A stretch of 64,000 bases of DNA from positions 75,516,001 to 75,580,000 of the forward strand of contig OX597831.1 in NCBI GenBank assembly GCA_951406725.2. Reading direction: 5' to 3'. This DNA is from Octopus vulgaris. Lineage: Eukaryota. This document shows, in pieces, positions 1 to 36,130 of this stretch (positions within the stretch are counted from its first letter, which is position 1; every line of letters begins with the position of its first letter). The translations under genes and the position numbers were made by a program. The notes beneath the pieces are model-generated. The model was given only the letters and a program-made list of their open reading frames with translations. It made no database searches and had not been told where the DNA came from.

Positions 1-856
1 AATACTACACATATATATATATACTCATTAATACAAAATAAACAAAACAAAATATATCAATATATATTAACAAACACAGTTATTCTACATATTCCAAAAC
101 TAACCTACAGGAAAATATATGCACTCTCACATTTAAATTAAAATCAGACCTATACATGAAAAATAATAAAAAAATAAAAAAACACACAGTTCAGTTTATA
201 AAATTATAAACCTGTAAAAGTCAATAAAAATTACTATTAATAATAATAATAATAATAATACAAATAATAGATACAATTATGTCTGTACCAAGTACATCCA
301 TCGGACATCGACATATCTATGAGTCTGATTATACTGTCCGCTTAATATTGATTATTCTAGATTAATTCGATTGGCTTATAGTTTAAAATTTGAATCACAA
401 AAGAAATTTTACGGTTAGTTAGTCAAGAAACGCACATACGCACATGCACATCCACAGATCAATCGCACATACATACATAATTATATGTATACACACACAC
501 ATACACTCATACACATACATATCCACAAACAACGTCAAACACATAAATAAATAAATAATAAAAGAGGTATAATCCTAGCTATGCAGCCATCCAGCCTCTC
601 AAAACGACAACCATGCCACTAAATTAACTAAAGAGATCCACTCACATATTTCCATAAAATATTTGTTATAAAGATACATATATTTATATATCAAGACATC
701 GAATGTAATTTACGCAGGGTACACGCAGCATGTGACACCGTTTTTTCTGTAGTCAACATAACATTTACTGATTTCACCGTAATTTGCTATAATCACATGT
801 ACGCTAAGTTATAACGTATAGATTAATTATTTATTTATAATTATATATATATATAT

Positions 857-1335
857 GAAAGGGAAGAATGCTACTGCTATTTAGCCCCAGGAAACACTGA
901 TTCCAGTTGGCTATGTGACAAGCGTTCTAAACAGTGTTTCCTAGGGCTAAATAACAGTAGCATTCTTCCCTTTCCTGGGACTGCCACATTAAGCTGGCAA
1001 CAAAGCATCAGTTTATCGTGCTGCTACTGTATAAGTATCTCTGAGAGATTTAGAAATGCAATATTTCAAATTTTGTAGATCAGTGAATTTATTTCACTTG
1101 AAATTCCATAAGTTTTCAAAAGCAAATAAGCATCGACAGTGAGCAAGCCATGCTACTCAAGACTGATGAAGAGCAATAACTCTGAAACTAGTGTCTGGAT
1201 GCTGGGTTTCCTGGGTGGAGGTGCTTATCTCCCCTGTTTAAAAACTTAAGGGCACAGAACACTTGTGCCACATAGCGAACTGGAAATGGTGTTTTCTGGG
1301 GCTAAATAGCAGTAGTATTCTTCCCTTTCCTGGAA
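857..1335. mobile_element. Penelope-like fragment: 43-bp hairpin arms, a third copy, and a hammerhead core
   Basis: 857-899 is inverted at 932-974 and again at about 1283-1330. CTGATGA-agag caataa ctct-GAAAC-tagt-GTC at 1163-1195. Confidence 0.5.
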
Positions 1336-1740
1336 TAAAAATATCGCTTTCATTAATTTCGTTAGGGACCAATTAACGACCACTGAAAACTGGGCTTGTT
1401 TCATAGTCGACAGGTCATAGCTGGGTCCCCCCCTTCTCAAGCTGACCAAGACTGTATATTTACCCCCAGCATAATGTCTGTAAATCATTTGTGAGGCATC
1501 AAATCAAAACAAGAAGAAAATAGTGCGAAAGGTGTAAACTGCCTCATAATGCTGCCTGGCTTATTGTTGTCGTGGCAACGTTTTGTTCTTATTCAGCCTT
1601 TTTTTTTAATTTTAAACTTATTTCAAGTGCTATAAATGTCAATCAATGATTCGGAAACAGGTTTTGTTGTTATAGGCTTCTCTGCAGTTATTTAAAGATC
1701 AATTTTAAATTTCTAAATCAACCTCGTATACTCATATACT

Positions 1741-2075
1741 CTCTCTTTTACTTGTGTCAGTCATTTGAGTGTGGCCATGCTGGAGCACTGCCTTTAGTCG
1801 AGCAAATCGACCCCCGGACTTATTCTTTGTAAGCCTAGTACTTATTCTATCGGTCTCTTTTGCCGAACTGCTAAGTTACGGGGACGTAAACACACCAGCA
1901 TCGGTTGTCAAACGATGCTGGTGGCGACAAACACATATATATACGACAGGCTTCTTTCAGTTTCCGTCTACCAAATCCACTCACAAGGCTTTGGGTCGGC
2001 CCGAGGCTATAGTAAAAGACACTTGCCCAAGGTGCCACGCAGTGGGACTGAACCCGGAACCATGTGGTTGGTAAA
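1741..2075 (-). mobile_element. tRNA-derived SINE, family A (octopus-type)
   Basis: Shares its body and (GAGTAAAA)n-type tail with the full-length copies below. Confidence 0.8.
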
Positions 2076-2456
2076 CACCTGAAAGACTTTTCTACAAAAC
2101 CTATTATAATAATTATTTGATACTAAATTAAAACACTGACATATACATGTTCGTTTTCAATACGTCGATAAGATTCGAACGCAAATACATTTATGTTTAC
2201 CTGCAGAAGTGCCCCACCCACCCAACTTTGTTTCCTCATAACTTTCAGAAAAATAAATATTTTACATTGAAACTTTATGTAAATACCTTTCAGACAGAGT
2301 AGCTTCCGATTATATTGGAATTTAAGTCTTTTGGAGGTCTGTACCAGTGCTGACTTAGATGCAATTGACTTACTCACTCCCTTAAAAATGCTTGTCTTGT
2401 GTCAAAATTTAAAACTAGTATTATTTTTATAATTTTGTTCGTTTTTTTTCCCGCAG

Positions 2457-2695
2457 CAAATTTCCATTTAGGCAACGGTGCCGTCTTATGGCGTCTCAAC
2501 TGGTTGGCTGATCTTTCTCCAAGGGGTCTCGGACAATCTTGCAGCATGATGGTCAACTACAGATATTTCTTAGACGAGTCTGAGAAGAACAGCCTCAACT
2601 ATTTAGAATGTCAACAGATCCCAGCTTCCAGTCAAGTAACAGATTTGGTGGCTGATGTGAAGAAAGATTTTTCCACGGACAATGCTCCAGTTTAA
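2457..2695 (+). CDS. MLYCD: Malonyl-CoA decarboxylase, final coding exon (upstream exons lie outside the window)
   Basis: Pyrimidine tract and acceptor ttttttttcccgcag| at 2456. Reads (A)NFHLGNGAVLWRLNWLADLSPRGLGQSCSMMVNYRYFLDESEKNSLNYL...APV*, which matches the MCD C-terminal motif NFHLxNGAxLWRxNWxADxSxxG..S.G.MxNYRY. TAA at 2693-2695; AATAAA near 3117 and 3156. Confidence 0.93.
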
Positions 2696-2926
2696 GACAC
2701 ACACACACACATTCAATCACACACAGACACGTGTGTGTGTATTTGATGGAGAATGCAACTTAAAGGTTCCTGAAGAACTCAACTACATAACCATAACCTT
2801 TCTAGGATTACTGCTTTTATATATATGTATATATACATACATACACATGCATACATAAATATATACATGCATGTATATATGTGTGTGTATATGCATACAT
2901 AAGTAAACAACAGGTTGTGCAGTGCG

Positions 2927-2965
<39 letters not shown>

Positions 2966-3255
2966 CATAGAGAGAGAGTTGGTATATCTGATGTAACAAC
3001 CTTATACTGTGGATAGTAAATTAACAAAGGTGTATAGAATCTGACTGAGATGGATTAATGATTGATGCAGATGTATAGAAAGCGACAAGATATGTGTGAG
3101 GGGGGGGGGATAGATTAATAAAAATAACGTCAAAAAATTGATGACCGTTTGAACAAATAAATTGATGACTAAAGACTAAAGACATAAGCTGTTCCTTCAC
3201 TCATCTGTTTGCTTATCAATGCTGTTCATATTAGTTGCTTTGACCCTTTATTTCT

Positions 3256-3622
3256 TACATTATTTACATTTGACGGATATTTGTCCTCATCTTGTTTGTT
3301 GTTAACACAATGTTTCGGCTGATATACCCTCCAGCCTTCATCAGGTGCCTTGGGGACATTTTGAACCTGAGTTCTCATTCCTAAGGTATTTTTCAATATC
3401 ATTATTATTATTCAGGCCGCTGCCTGGAATCTAACTCGGAATCTTAGAGTTAGCCTGCACTCTTAACCACTACACCATATGCCCGTGGGCTACTAACCCC
3501 AAGATTCTAGTGACCTAAATAATAATAATATCAAAAAATACCTTAGGAATACCCAGGTTCGAAATTTTCACAAGACACCTGATGAAGGCTGGAAGGTATA
3601 TCAGTCCAATGTAAATAACGTA
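3256..3622. mobile_element. Penelope-like inverted-repeat fragment with hammerhead-like motif
   Basis: About 3318-3411 is inverted-repeated at about 3519-3606. Minus strand CTGATGA-aggctg..cagcc-GAAAC at 3344-3312. Confidence 0.55.
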
Positions 3623-4018
3623 CATAATTCCTCATCTCTTAAATGTAGAACTTTTATTTCTTGTACAATTGCACTTACCTACTACCCAGAAAATGAATTT
3701 CCGGGATGTAGCCTGGAGGGTTTTTTCGTATTAATCGTTTGGACTTTGTGAACATACCAATTGTTTTCATAACATTTTTAACGCTTTGAATTAAATGTAA
3801 CCATTTTGCGTTGAGTCTGCAGTTTGAATCACTTTAACCAAATTTTAGCAGGCCGGATTTTTGATCATCACGGTACATCGCCAGCGACTCCCTGAAACTC
3901 TCCCCTGAAATCCCCATTGAGAAATCTATATATATAAAACTCAACTTGTGTGTCTGTGTGCTTAACTTTTGGATCTACCAAGTTTCATTATTAAGGATGG
4001 AAAGTAGTGTGTAGCAAA

Positions 4019-4405
4019 TCTCTATATATAAAGCTGAAGTTGTCTGTGTGTGGCAGGTTTGGTAGCCTTCAACTAACACTATCTCCTTTGAGACCCTGCA
4101 GCGCAAGTTGACCAAAATTAAGAGTGATAGAAGATGGTCTGATTTGAATTTTATCTTCTACAGAATGAAGAGTAAGCCATGTTAACACCAAAAATTATTT
4201 ACATCAGAAAGGTGCTTTTTTTCTATGAAAATCCCTATTTTTTACGATTTTTGACTGCTGTGTCACCATTTTTCGGTGTATTTCAACTGGAAAAATGTTC
4301 ACTTGAAGAGAATAACAAGTTGCATAATGCAAAATTTTTACTTTTCAAAAATCCCAATTCTAAAGGGTCGAAACAAACCCAAGCAACACCGGGTGATACT
4401 GCTAG
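4019..4405 (+). mobile_element. Non-autonomous Helitron
   Basis: 5' TC-tatatataaag, 3' GC-rich subterminal segment and CTAG before T, no TSD. Same family at about 32747-33294 and 57980-58354. Confidence 0.7.
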
Positions 4406-4451
4406 TATATATATACATATATATACACACACACACAAATATATATTTACA

Positions 4452-4487
<36 letters not shown>

Positions 4488-6105
4488 CACACACACATAT
4501 ATATACATGCGTGTGTGTGCTCTTGTTTCTGTTTGTTCTCCACCTCCACAGCTTAATAATTGGTGTTACATCTTCCTAAGTAATTTGGCAAAAGAGACTG
4601 GTGGAATTAGTAGAAGGCTTAAAAAATAATAAATGCTAGGAACGATCAGTTTAACTAAAATTCCTCAAGAGATTGCCTTAGCATGGTCGCTGTCTAATGA
4701 CTGAAACAAGTAAAAGATAAAGAGAGAGAGAGAGTGTGTGTGTATTAGTCTGCACACTTCTCTTGACATCCTGTGATGGTTGTAAACGAGCATCACTGTC
4801 ATACAGGTGTGGTCGTTCATTTCCAGTGTTCTGTAAAGAACATGTGTAATCACCTTCGTTGGAAACAGGCAAGGGTTGGCAACAGGAAGGGCGTTCCACC
4901 TGTAGAAAATCTGATTCAATGAATTCCACCTGACACCATGCAGGCCTGGACAAATGGACATTAAAATGATAAAATATATGCCTCACAGAGAGGATGCCAG
5001 GAGACGGAGACTTCTGGCAGTTTGCTGTGCTTGAGAAGACATGTCAAGCTAAGTAAATATGTGGTTGTCATAGCAGACAGGCTTGTCCCTGCGTCCCTCT
5101 CCAGCCAAGTATTTCTAATCTTGTGGGTGCTGGGGGCCTTGTAAAAAAGCATCCATGCTGTTGCTACGTATAAGCACCTAGGACACTCTGTAAAGTAGTT
5201 GGCATTAAGGAGGGCATCCTGATGTAGAAAACCAGGCCAAAACAGATATGGAGTCAGAACAGCCCTTCAGCTCCTGTCAAACCGTCCAACCCATGCCAGC
5301 ATGGAAAGTGGAGGTTAACATGACTATGCTGATGAAACTTATATACCATGGGCTTCCATGTGGTTTCTGCCTTCTAAATCCATTCCAAAGGCATCGGCTG
5401 GTAAGGAGGCCATAGGAGAGTTCCCCCCCCACAACCCATAGAAACCAAAACCTCGCGGTTGCTGAATAATCTTGCTAACCACATAACCCGATATGTATCA
5501 AACAAGGTAAAACATGAACGAATACGAGTTAAGGGAGATAACTGTGAGAGACATGAATACGAACCAGAAATAAAGGCATTAAATATTGTACAAGACATTC
5601 GCCCAAGGAGCCCTGTAATGGGACTGAACCTGAAACCACGTGGTTAGGAAGCGAACTATATTTACTCGTTTACTTGTTTCAGTCATTTGACTGTGGCCAT
5701 GCTGGAGCACCGCCTTTAGTCGAGAATCGACCCCAGGCGTGTTTACGTCCCTGTCACTTAGCGGTTCGGCAAAAGAGTCCGTTAAAATAAGTACTAGGCT
5801 TACAAAGTGTAAGCACACATTCAACAGTATTCTTTCAGATTTTTCTGTTCACCAAATCCATTCACTTAGGCTTTTTAATTGGCCAGGAGCCATAGTAGAG
5901 GCCACTTGTCCAAAGTTCCCTGCATTTAGGCTAAAACCCTGTGGCCGGGAAGCTGACAGCTTAACCCCACAGGACCTTCTGATGAAGGTCTTAGAATTAC
6001 GTTTATTAGGACAGCTGATAAAACAAAGAATTTATTAAAGAGTAAAAAATATTTTACATTCGTTTTACTTGTTTTTTTTTATATTTTCCTTTTTTTTTCC
6101 TTGTC

Positions 6106-30002
<23,897 letters not shown>

Positions 30003-31226
30003 GATGGCCAAAGGGGTGGCCAAAAGCACAGACGATATTCTTCTTGGTTTATTTTGTTTTTTTCTGATTGATTTTTTTTTTCTTGCTACAAAAAGAAAAA
30101 AAAAAAAAAGAAAAATTTTCATTAATGGTAGACTGGAAAAAATAAATGGAAATCAAAAACAGGCCAAGCCATGTATCATTTCTATAGCAACATGCTTGTT
30201 CCTGTCCCCTCTTTCATAATTCAACCTCTCAACCCCTGGAACAAACACATCTCCCACAACACTGCACCCTCACCCTGTTTAGGGGTATTGTCTTGCAAGT
30301 CACTTGGTGACCCCAGTAGTGGTGGTGCCAAAGCAAAAGAACCACTACACTCTGTAAATTGGTTCTAGCTGTAGTAATCTGGCCAAAGTAGACGCTGAAG
30401 TCCAACACAGCCCTCACGCTAGTCAGATCCTGTCAAACTGTCCAAAGCATTTCAGAATGGAATACAGGTATTAACCCTTTGGCACTTAAATTGACCCATA
30501 CCAGCATGGAAAATGGATGTTAAATGATGATGATGATGATGAAGATTATAAACAAATGACACAGCTTGTATGATGATAACATTTGTTTACAATTAGCAGA
30601 TGATGTCAAGACAACGAGACATTCCCTCATTGTCATCACGTCATCATCATTGTTTGACAATAACAGTCCTTTCTACTAGAGACACAAGATCTGAAGTTTT
30701 GAGGGAGGAAGCAAGTCAAATGGATCGAGCCCAGTACATGACTGGTACTTTATGTCATCAACCCACGAAAAGATGAAAGGCAAAGTTGACCTCGGCAGAA
30801 TTTGAACTGAGAAATGCAGCTAAGCATTCTGTTCAGCTGACCATCTTAATAATAATAATAAATATTGTTGTTGTTGGTAGTGGTGATGCTAGTGGCATGA
30901 CACAAAACCATAAATTTGTAAGGGTGAATTAGGGGTCATTGTCAATGGAATTAGCTTGTCTTCTTATTCTTGTTGAATGTTATTCTATATGCCTATTTGT
31001 AAGCGAGTCTCTCTCTTTCTCTCTCTGCAAATTTCATTGTCTGGCATTGTCCCGGCATTTCTTCTAAGAGCTTTACATGCCAAATACAAATATTGCTGGG
31101 GTTAGCTTCGCTCGCTTATCCTCTTGGTGTCAGAGCTTCAAAGGCTGCCTTATGGGACATTGTTGCCTCATCCCAGACAATGAGTTTGGTATCTGAAAGG
31201 AGCTTTGCTAATGCTGTATTCTTTGA

Positions 31227-31765
31227 TTAATTTTGGATCAGGTTCAGAGGCAGATTGGATGCTGAATGGGCTGTTCTTCCACCTGTTAAGAGTGTGGCTG
31301 CAATTCCGGACCAATCTTCTTCTGTCTCTCCTTGGCAAGGAGCAGTTTGATCAATAATGTCTTTCCTGTGCCCCCAGGAGCATCTAAGAAGAAGACCCCT
31401 ACCAGCATCATTGTCCACAGATGTCAGAACCTGCCTCTATACCTCCTTTTGATCCTCTACCAGAAGTGGTCCCTTCTCATTGACAACTGCTTGCAAACTT
31501 TCCATGTTGTATGATGTTTCCCTGAGCAGGTCTTGTGCTAACCAGTGTTGAACATCTCTGACAGGAGCTGGAAGACCAAACAGTTCGAGTTTGTTTCCAC
31601 CGATTGAACCTTACCCTCTTTAAAATCTTAATGCTTCACTGAAGATGTCATCACCCTCGTAATGATAATGAATTCTTTGGAGGTTTTCACAAAGCCCCTC
31701 CTTGTATTTGTACCAGAGTTGTTTTGGATTTCACAATCCACAGTTCACCAGTCTCTTATGCAGCT
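31227..31765 (-). mobile_element. Helitron RepHel (PIF1-like helicase) remnant, frameshifted
   Basis: Minus strand gives FFLDAP(G)GTGKTLLIKLLLAK (Walker A) and SGIAATLLTGGRTAHSA.NLPLNL, with stops and frameshifts. Confidence 0.85.
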
Positions 31766-31795
31766 GAGAGGCTTCTCAAAAGCAGTATCATTTAT

Positions 31796-32090
31796 TGGCG
31801 ATGTTACGGTATAAGTACAGGTGTACTTCCGGAAGTACCAGATACATTTCAAAAATTTTTTTTTTATATATGGGGGGGGGGTTAGTGTTAAGGTTAGGGT
31901 TTGTGTTAGGGTATGTGGCGATGCTTCGGTATATGTACACACGTGACTTTGTTTACATTTCTGAAGATAACAGAAACCCTTTTCTCCCCCCCCCTAACCC
32001 CCCCCCATATATATATAAAAAAAAACCACTTTTTAGAAATGTATCTGGTACTTCCGGAAGTACATCGGTACTTGTACCGTAACATCGCCC
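31796..32090. mobile_element. Unclassified MITE with ~60-bp TIRs and 6-bp TSD
   Basis: TIRs ggcgatgttacggta...gtacttccggaagtaccagatacatttc and its reverse complement. ATTTAT is duplicated at 31790-31795 and 32091-32096. Confidence 0.75.
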
Positions 32091-32746
32091 ATTTATTTAA
32101 AAAAAAAAAAAAAAAAAATCAAGACCCTATTATCGTATCGGAGGTCAAATTCTGCACCCCACCCTAACTATGGGACACCAATTCGTGCAGACTGATGGGC
32201 TTTCGATCTTTCGATCGTGCAATATATAATAAGGGTGCGAGGAAGTTACAGCTGTTGGATTTGTCAGCCAACGAATATCAGACATTCAGTTTTCAACACC
32301 AAATAATATATGAACGAGAAAATGAATGTGTATAAAATTCATATCATATTGATTTGAATATCTTTGAAGAAACTGATGTCTATAGGTCAGTTCCTCCAAT
32401 TACTCATTCATAAATATTCTACATACCAATATACACCAATGCAAAAAACTAACGTATTTAATTTTTCTCTGAACACTGATTATAAACCGGAGAACTATGT
32501 ACTTTACCTAAAAAGACATTTTTTGGTGTTTTTCTTTTTGCTGGCCAATGATAAAAATTCATTAAATTTAAAGACTTATCCTTTAATTATGTTAATGTAT
32601 ATCAACATAAAGTTTGGTGACTGTAAAATTCTGACGCTGCAACAGCTTTTAGCTTCCAGGTACCATAACCGAAAGATACTTCCCTCCCCAACCTCGGTAT
32701 ATTGAACATCATTCAGTTTCTATTTACTTATATTTACCGATCTCTC

Positions 32747-33294
32747 TCTATATATAAAGCTGAAGTTGTCTTCAGTGTATGGCATGTTTGGAAGCCTTCA
32801 ACTAACACCATCTCCTCCGAGACCCCCTGGCACAAGCTGACCAAAATTGAGAGTATGATAGAAGGCTTGCTCTCCCTTCCGTAGAAGAAAAAATTCAAAT
32901 CGGACCATGTTAACACCAAAAATTATTTACATTAAAAAGGTGCTTTTTTTCTATGAAAATCCATATTTTTTACGATTTTTCGTTGTATTTCAACCAGAAT
33001 TTTTTGTTTGTTTTGGTGCCCGGGTCAGCCCCTCAGACGCTTTCGGAACTTCCCGATGTGAATTTTCCGAGGCTTCTCCCCCACCCCCCTTTCGCGTGCG
33101 GGCATTTTTTTTTTCATATTCGTTCATAGGAAGTTGTTTTACACCTATTACACACACATTTTTTTTGATTTTCTGAAAGGCGTAACGCTTTATATTAACC
33201 GAAAAATGTTCACTTAAAGAGAATAACAACCTACATAATGCAAAATTTTTCCTTTTCAAAAATTCCCATCCTAAAGGGTCGAAACAAACTGCTA
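32747..33294 (+). mobile_element. Non-autonomous Helitron (same family as 4019-4405)
   Basis: Shared 5' tctatatataaagctgaagttgtc and internal gttaacaccaaaaattatttacat. The 3' end is degenerate. Confidence 0.65.
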
Positions 33295-33313
33295 ATTATA
33301 GAATAAGAAACAA

Positions 33314-33395
33314 ACTTACCACAACAAGAACCGCCAACCGTGACATTCAAATCCAGCGCGCTGTCTGACGTCACTGTGACGTAATGCTTACCTGG
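33314..33395 (-). promoter_or_regulatory. Candidate SKA3 core promoter and non-coding first exon: CDE/CHR tandem, CRE sites, splice donors
   Basis: Minus strand GCGCGC-tgga-TTTGAA (33361-33346). TGACGTCA at 33366-33373, TGACGTAA at 33377-33384. Donors gtg|gtaagt (33319) and cag|gtaagc (33391). Locally CpG-rich unique DNA. Confidence 0.55.
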
Positions 33396-34540
33396 CAACG
33401 GTCGGGTTTTTATATTTTGGAAGTTAATTTATGTTTAACGTAGAAAGCTTTAAAATGTTAATTAGAAATAATTATGATGAGGAGATTAAATGTCAAACAC
33501 AAAAAATATAAATAAATGGTTTTTAGTTTAATTTTCCCGGCAATAAAAGGAAGTTGGGAGAAAATGTATCATCACGTGAGTATAGTCTACTTCCGGCGGT
33601 GTCCAATTATCCTGACAGCCAGGTACTGGAAGTGCCCCGGATTTCTGGAAACAGGCGAAATATTTTTAAAATATAAAATAATTCATAAAAAGGAAAGAAC
33701 TTAATTATATTCAAAAGATTCAAATCAATACAGTTCCAAAACAGGACCTATTTGATATTTATCGATCCGTTTAAAATTCATAAAATATATCATACACTTA
33801 GAATGTATGTTCATAAGATGAAAGTTGAGAGAAAAAGACTAAAGGATATGATTTTATTTAGCAGATACCGATACAAGTTCATACAATTCTTACTTAGAAA
33901 AGAACAAAACAATTTATAACACACCGTTTGCAAATTAACTAACTTCAAAAACAGGGTCTCTTAATACGAGGTACAATATATATATATTTATATTTATATA
34001 TATATATGGCACGGAATAGTATTTCTGGAAGCCGGATTAGACGTCAAGCACGGCATAATAATGTCTAAACATTTCCACTAGATGTACAAGTTGATACAGA
34101 TTTACATGGTTCTTCATTACTAAATTTTTTTGTCTACCCCAGAACAGTACAAGGCAGAACTGTCGCCCACTGGATTTGAACACAGAATATAAAGGGAAAC
34201 AACTCATTATGGCTATTGTATACTGGATACAACTACAGTTTAGCGCCCCACTTTCCCCGACTTACTTTTCGTGTTTGGAATGTTCATTTGAAATGAAAAT
34301 TTTAGATAAGACTCGTTTTCGAGGGTGTAGATGATGAATGCATCGATAACAACTTTCTTTTTTTCTTTTCGATGAGTTTTGTATTATTTTCACTCGCCTC
34401 GTGGTTTTGTTTCTTCTTACTTCTATTTAAACTGCATATTTTTAAACGACCTTTTGCAAAAATAAGTTTTCGAGAATCTGTATTAGGTAATGCTGATGTT
34501 TCATGCATGCATGCATACATACATATACATACATACATTC

Positions 34541-34654
<114 letters not shown>

Positions 34655-36099
34655 TACATACATACATACATACATACATACATACATACATACATACATA
34701 CATACATACATACATACACACACACACATACATACATACATACGCACATACACATACGTACGTACGTACGTGCCTACATACATACATACCGCTGTGGCTC
34801 GTAGATAAAATTAGTGGGGTGGTGCTGCTTCATAAATTTTTTTAGCTGTTGTTTTAATATTGTGTCAAAGGAAACAAACATATATAAAGATTATTTAAAT
34901 GTAGTACTTGACCCGTTCGCGTTTTAGCCGCTGCCGGGTAGTTTCTTTTAATTTGTTCACTAAACGCCGCCGCGAATTCCCCCTTGTTTTCCAAAAATCA
35001 CCCCTAAATCACAAAATAAGCGGGGAAAATCTGCCTTATTTTACAAATCCTGGCAGCAACACTGAAGCTGGATGCAGGATAATAATCTAATTCTAGACTT
35101 TATCACATTCAAGAATATAAACACGTTTTTAAGCACAGCACATGCAGAGTCAAAAGGAAACACTACTTTTCACCAGCGCTGCCTGAACGACAGTGCTGTC
35201 TCTCCCTAGCGCGAAGCTTCCTACCTCGGACATGTGAGTATACGCGCAACAACCAAACACCGCGTCGCTGGAACTATGAAGCACACAGTTCTATACAAGG
35301 AATTTTCTATATATTTTTTCATAAACTAGGGGATGGCTACTGACATTAAGCTTCAGGATTATATAATGTACAAGCATAAAGAAAGAATTAAAGAAAAAAG
35401 GACTCATTATATTGAATGTTATCGATAACATTGAGTGGAAATAGGGGATGCTGCAGTTCCACAGAGCCTATACACGAGATGCTACTGACATATATATATA
35501 TAGTGTAAACAGAGTTAGCGGTTATAATAACCGACTAAGGGATAAAATATCCGTATGTACTATCGGTATCCGTTACCCGTGCTATCCTCGGGCGTCGGTG
35601 TGCAGGCACACCATACATGTGGAGTGCAGGTAACAACAGGATAAATAAAAGTTTATCAGGAGCCAATGCAAATAATCGGAAAATTGAGTAAACCTCAGAT
35701 TAACAAACACATCGATTGGACCACATTTATAGCTTATCTTTTAATATACAAAGCATGACATAACAAATAAGTGACGTAACCGATCTTCGGGCGTTTCCGC
35801 ATCCATTTCCAGGGGCTGTCTATAAAGAATTACGAAAATAAAATTCTCCCTCTTCATAGGGCATTCGAATTAAGGCACGGAGTTTCATCTGAGTAAAAAA
35901 ACAAGAGCATACGATATAAACAAAGGGAAGGAGGAAAAGGAAAGAAAACATGGCCTAGACTAAAAGTCTAGAAGCCCAATACGTTAAGAGCATATAATTT
36001 ACCATCTTGGGGCTACGAGGTGCGTAGATAAAAGAGTGAGCTCTTTATGGACGTGAAACCTAAGATGATCCCATAAACCGGCCGTATTTAACTTTAACT

Positions 36100-36130
<31 letters not shown>

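Noticed and set aside
31227-31418. PIF1-like host helicase gene
   Set aside because: Frameshifted, stop-containing and intronless, with Helitron-type motifs; it is a transposon remnant.
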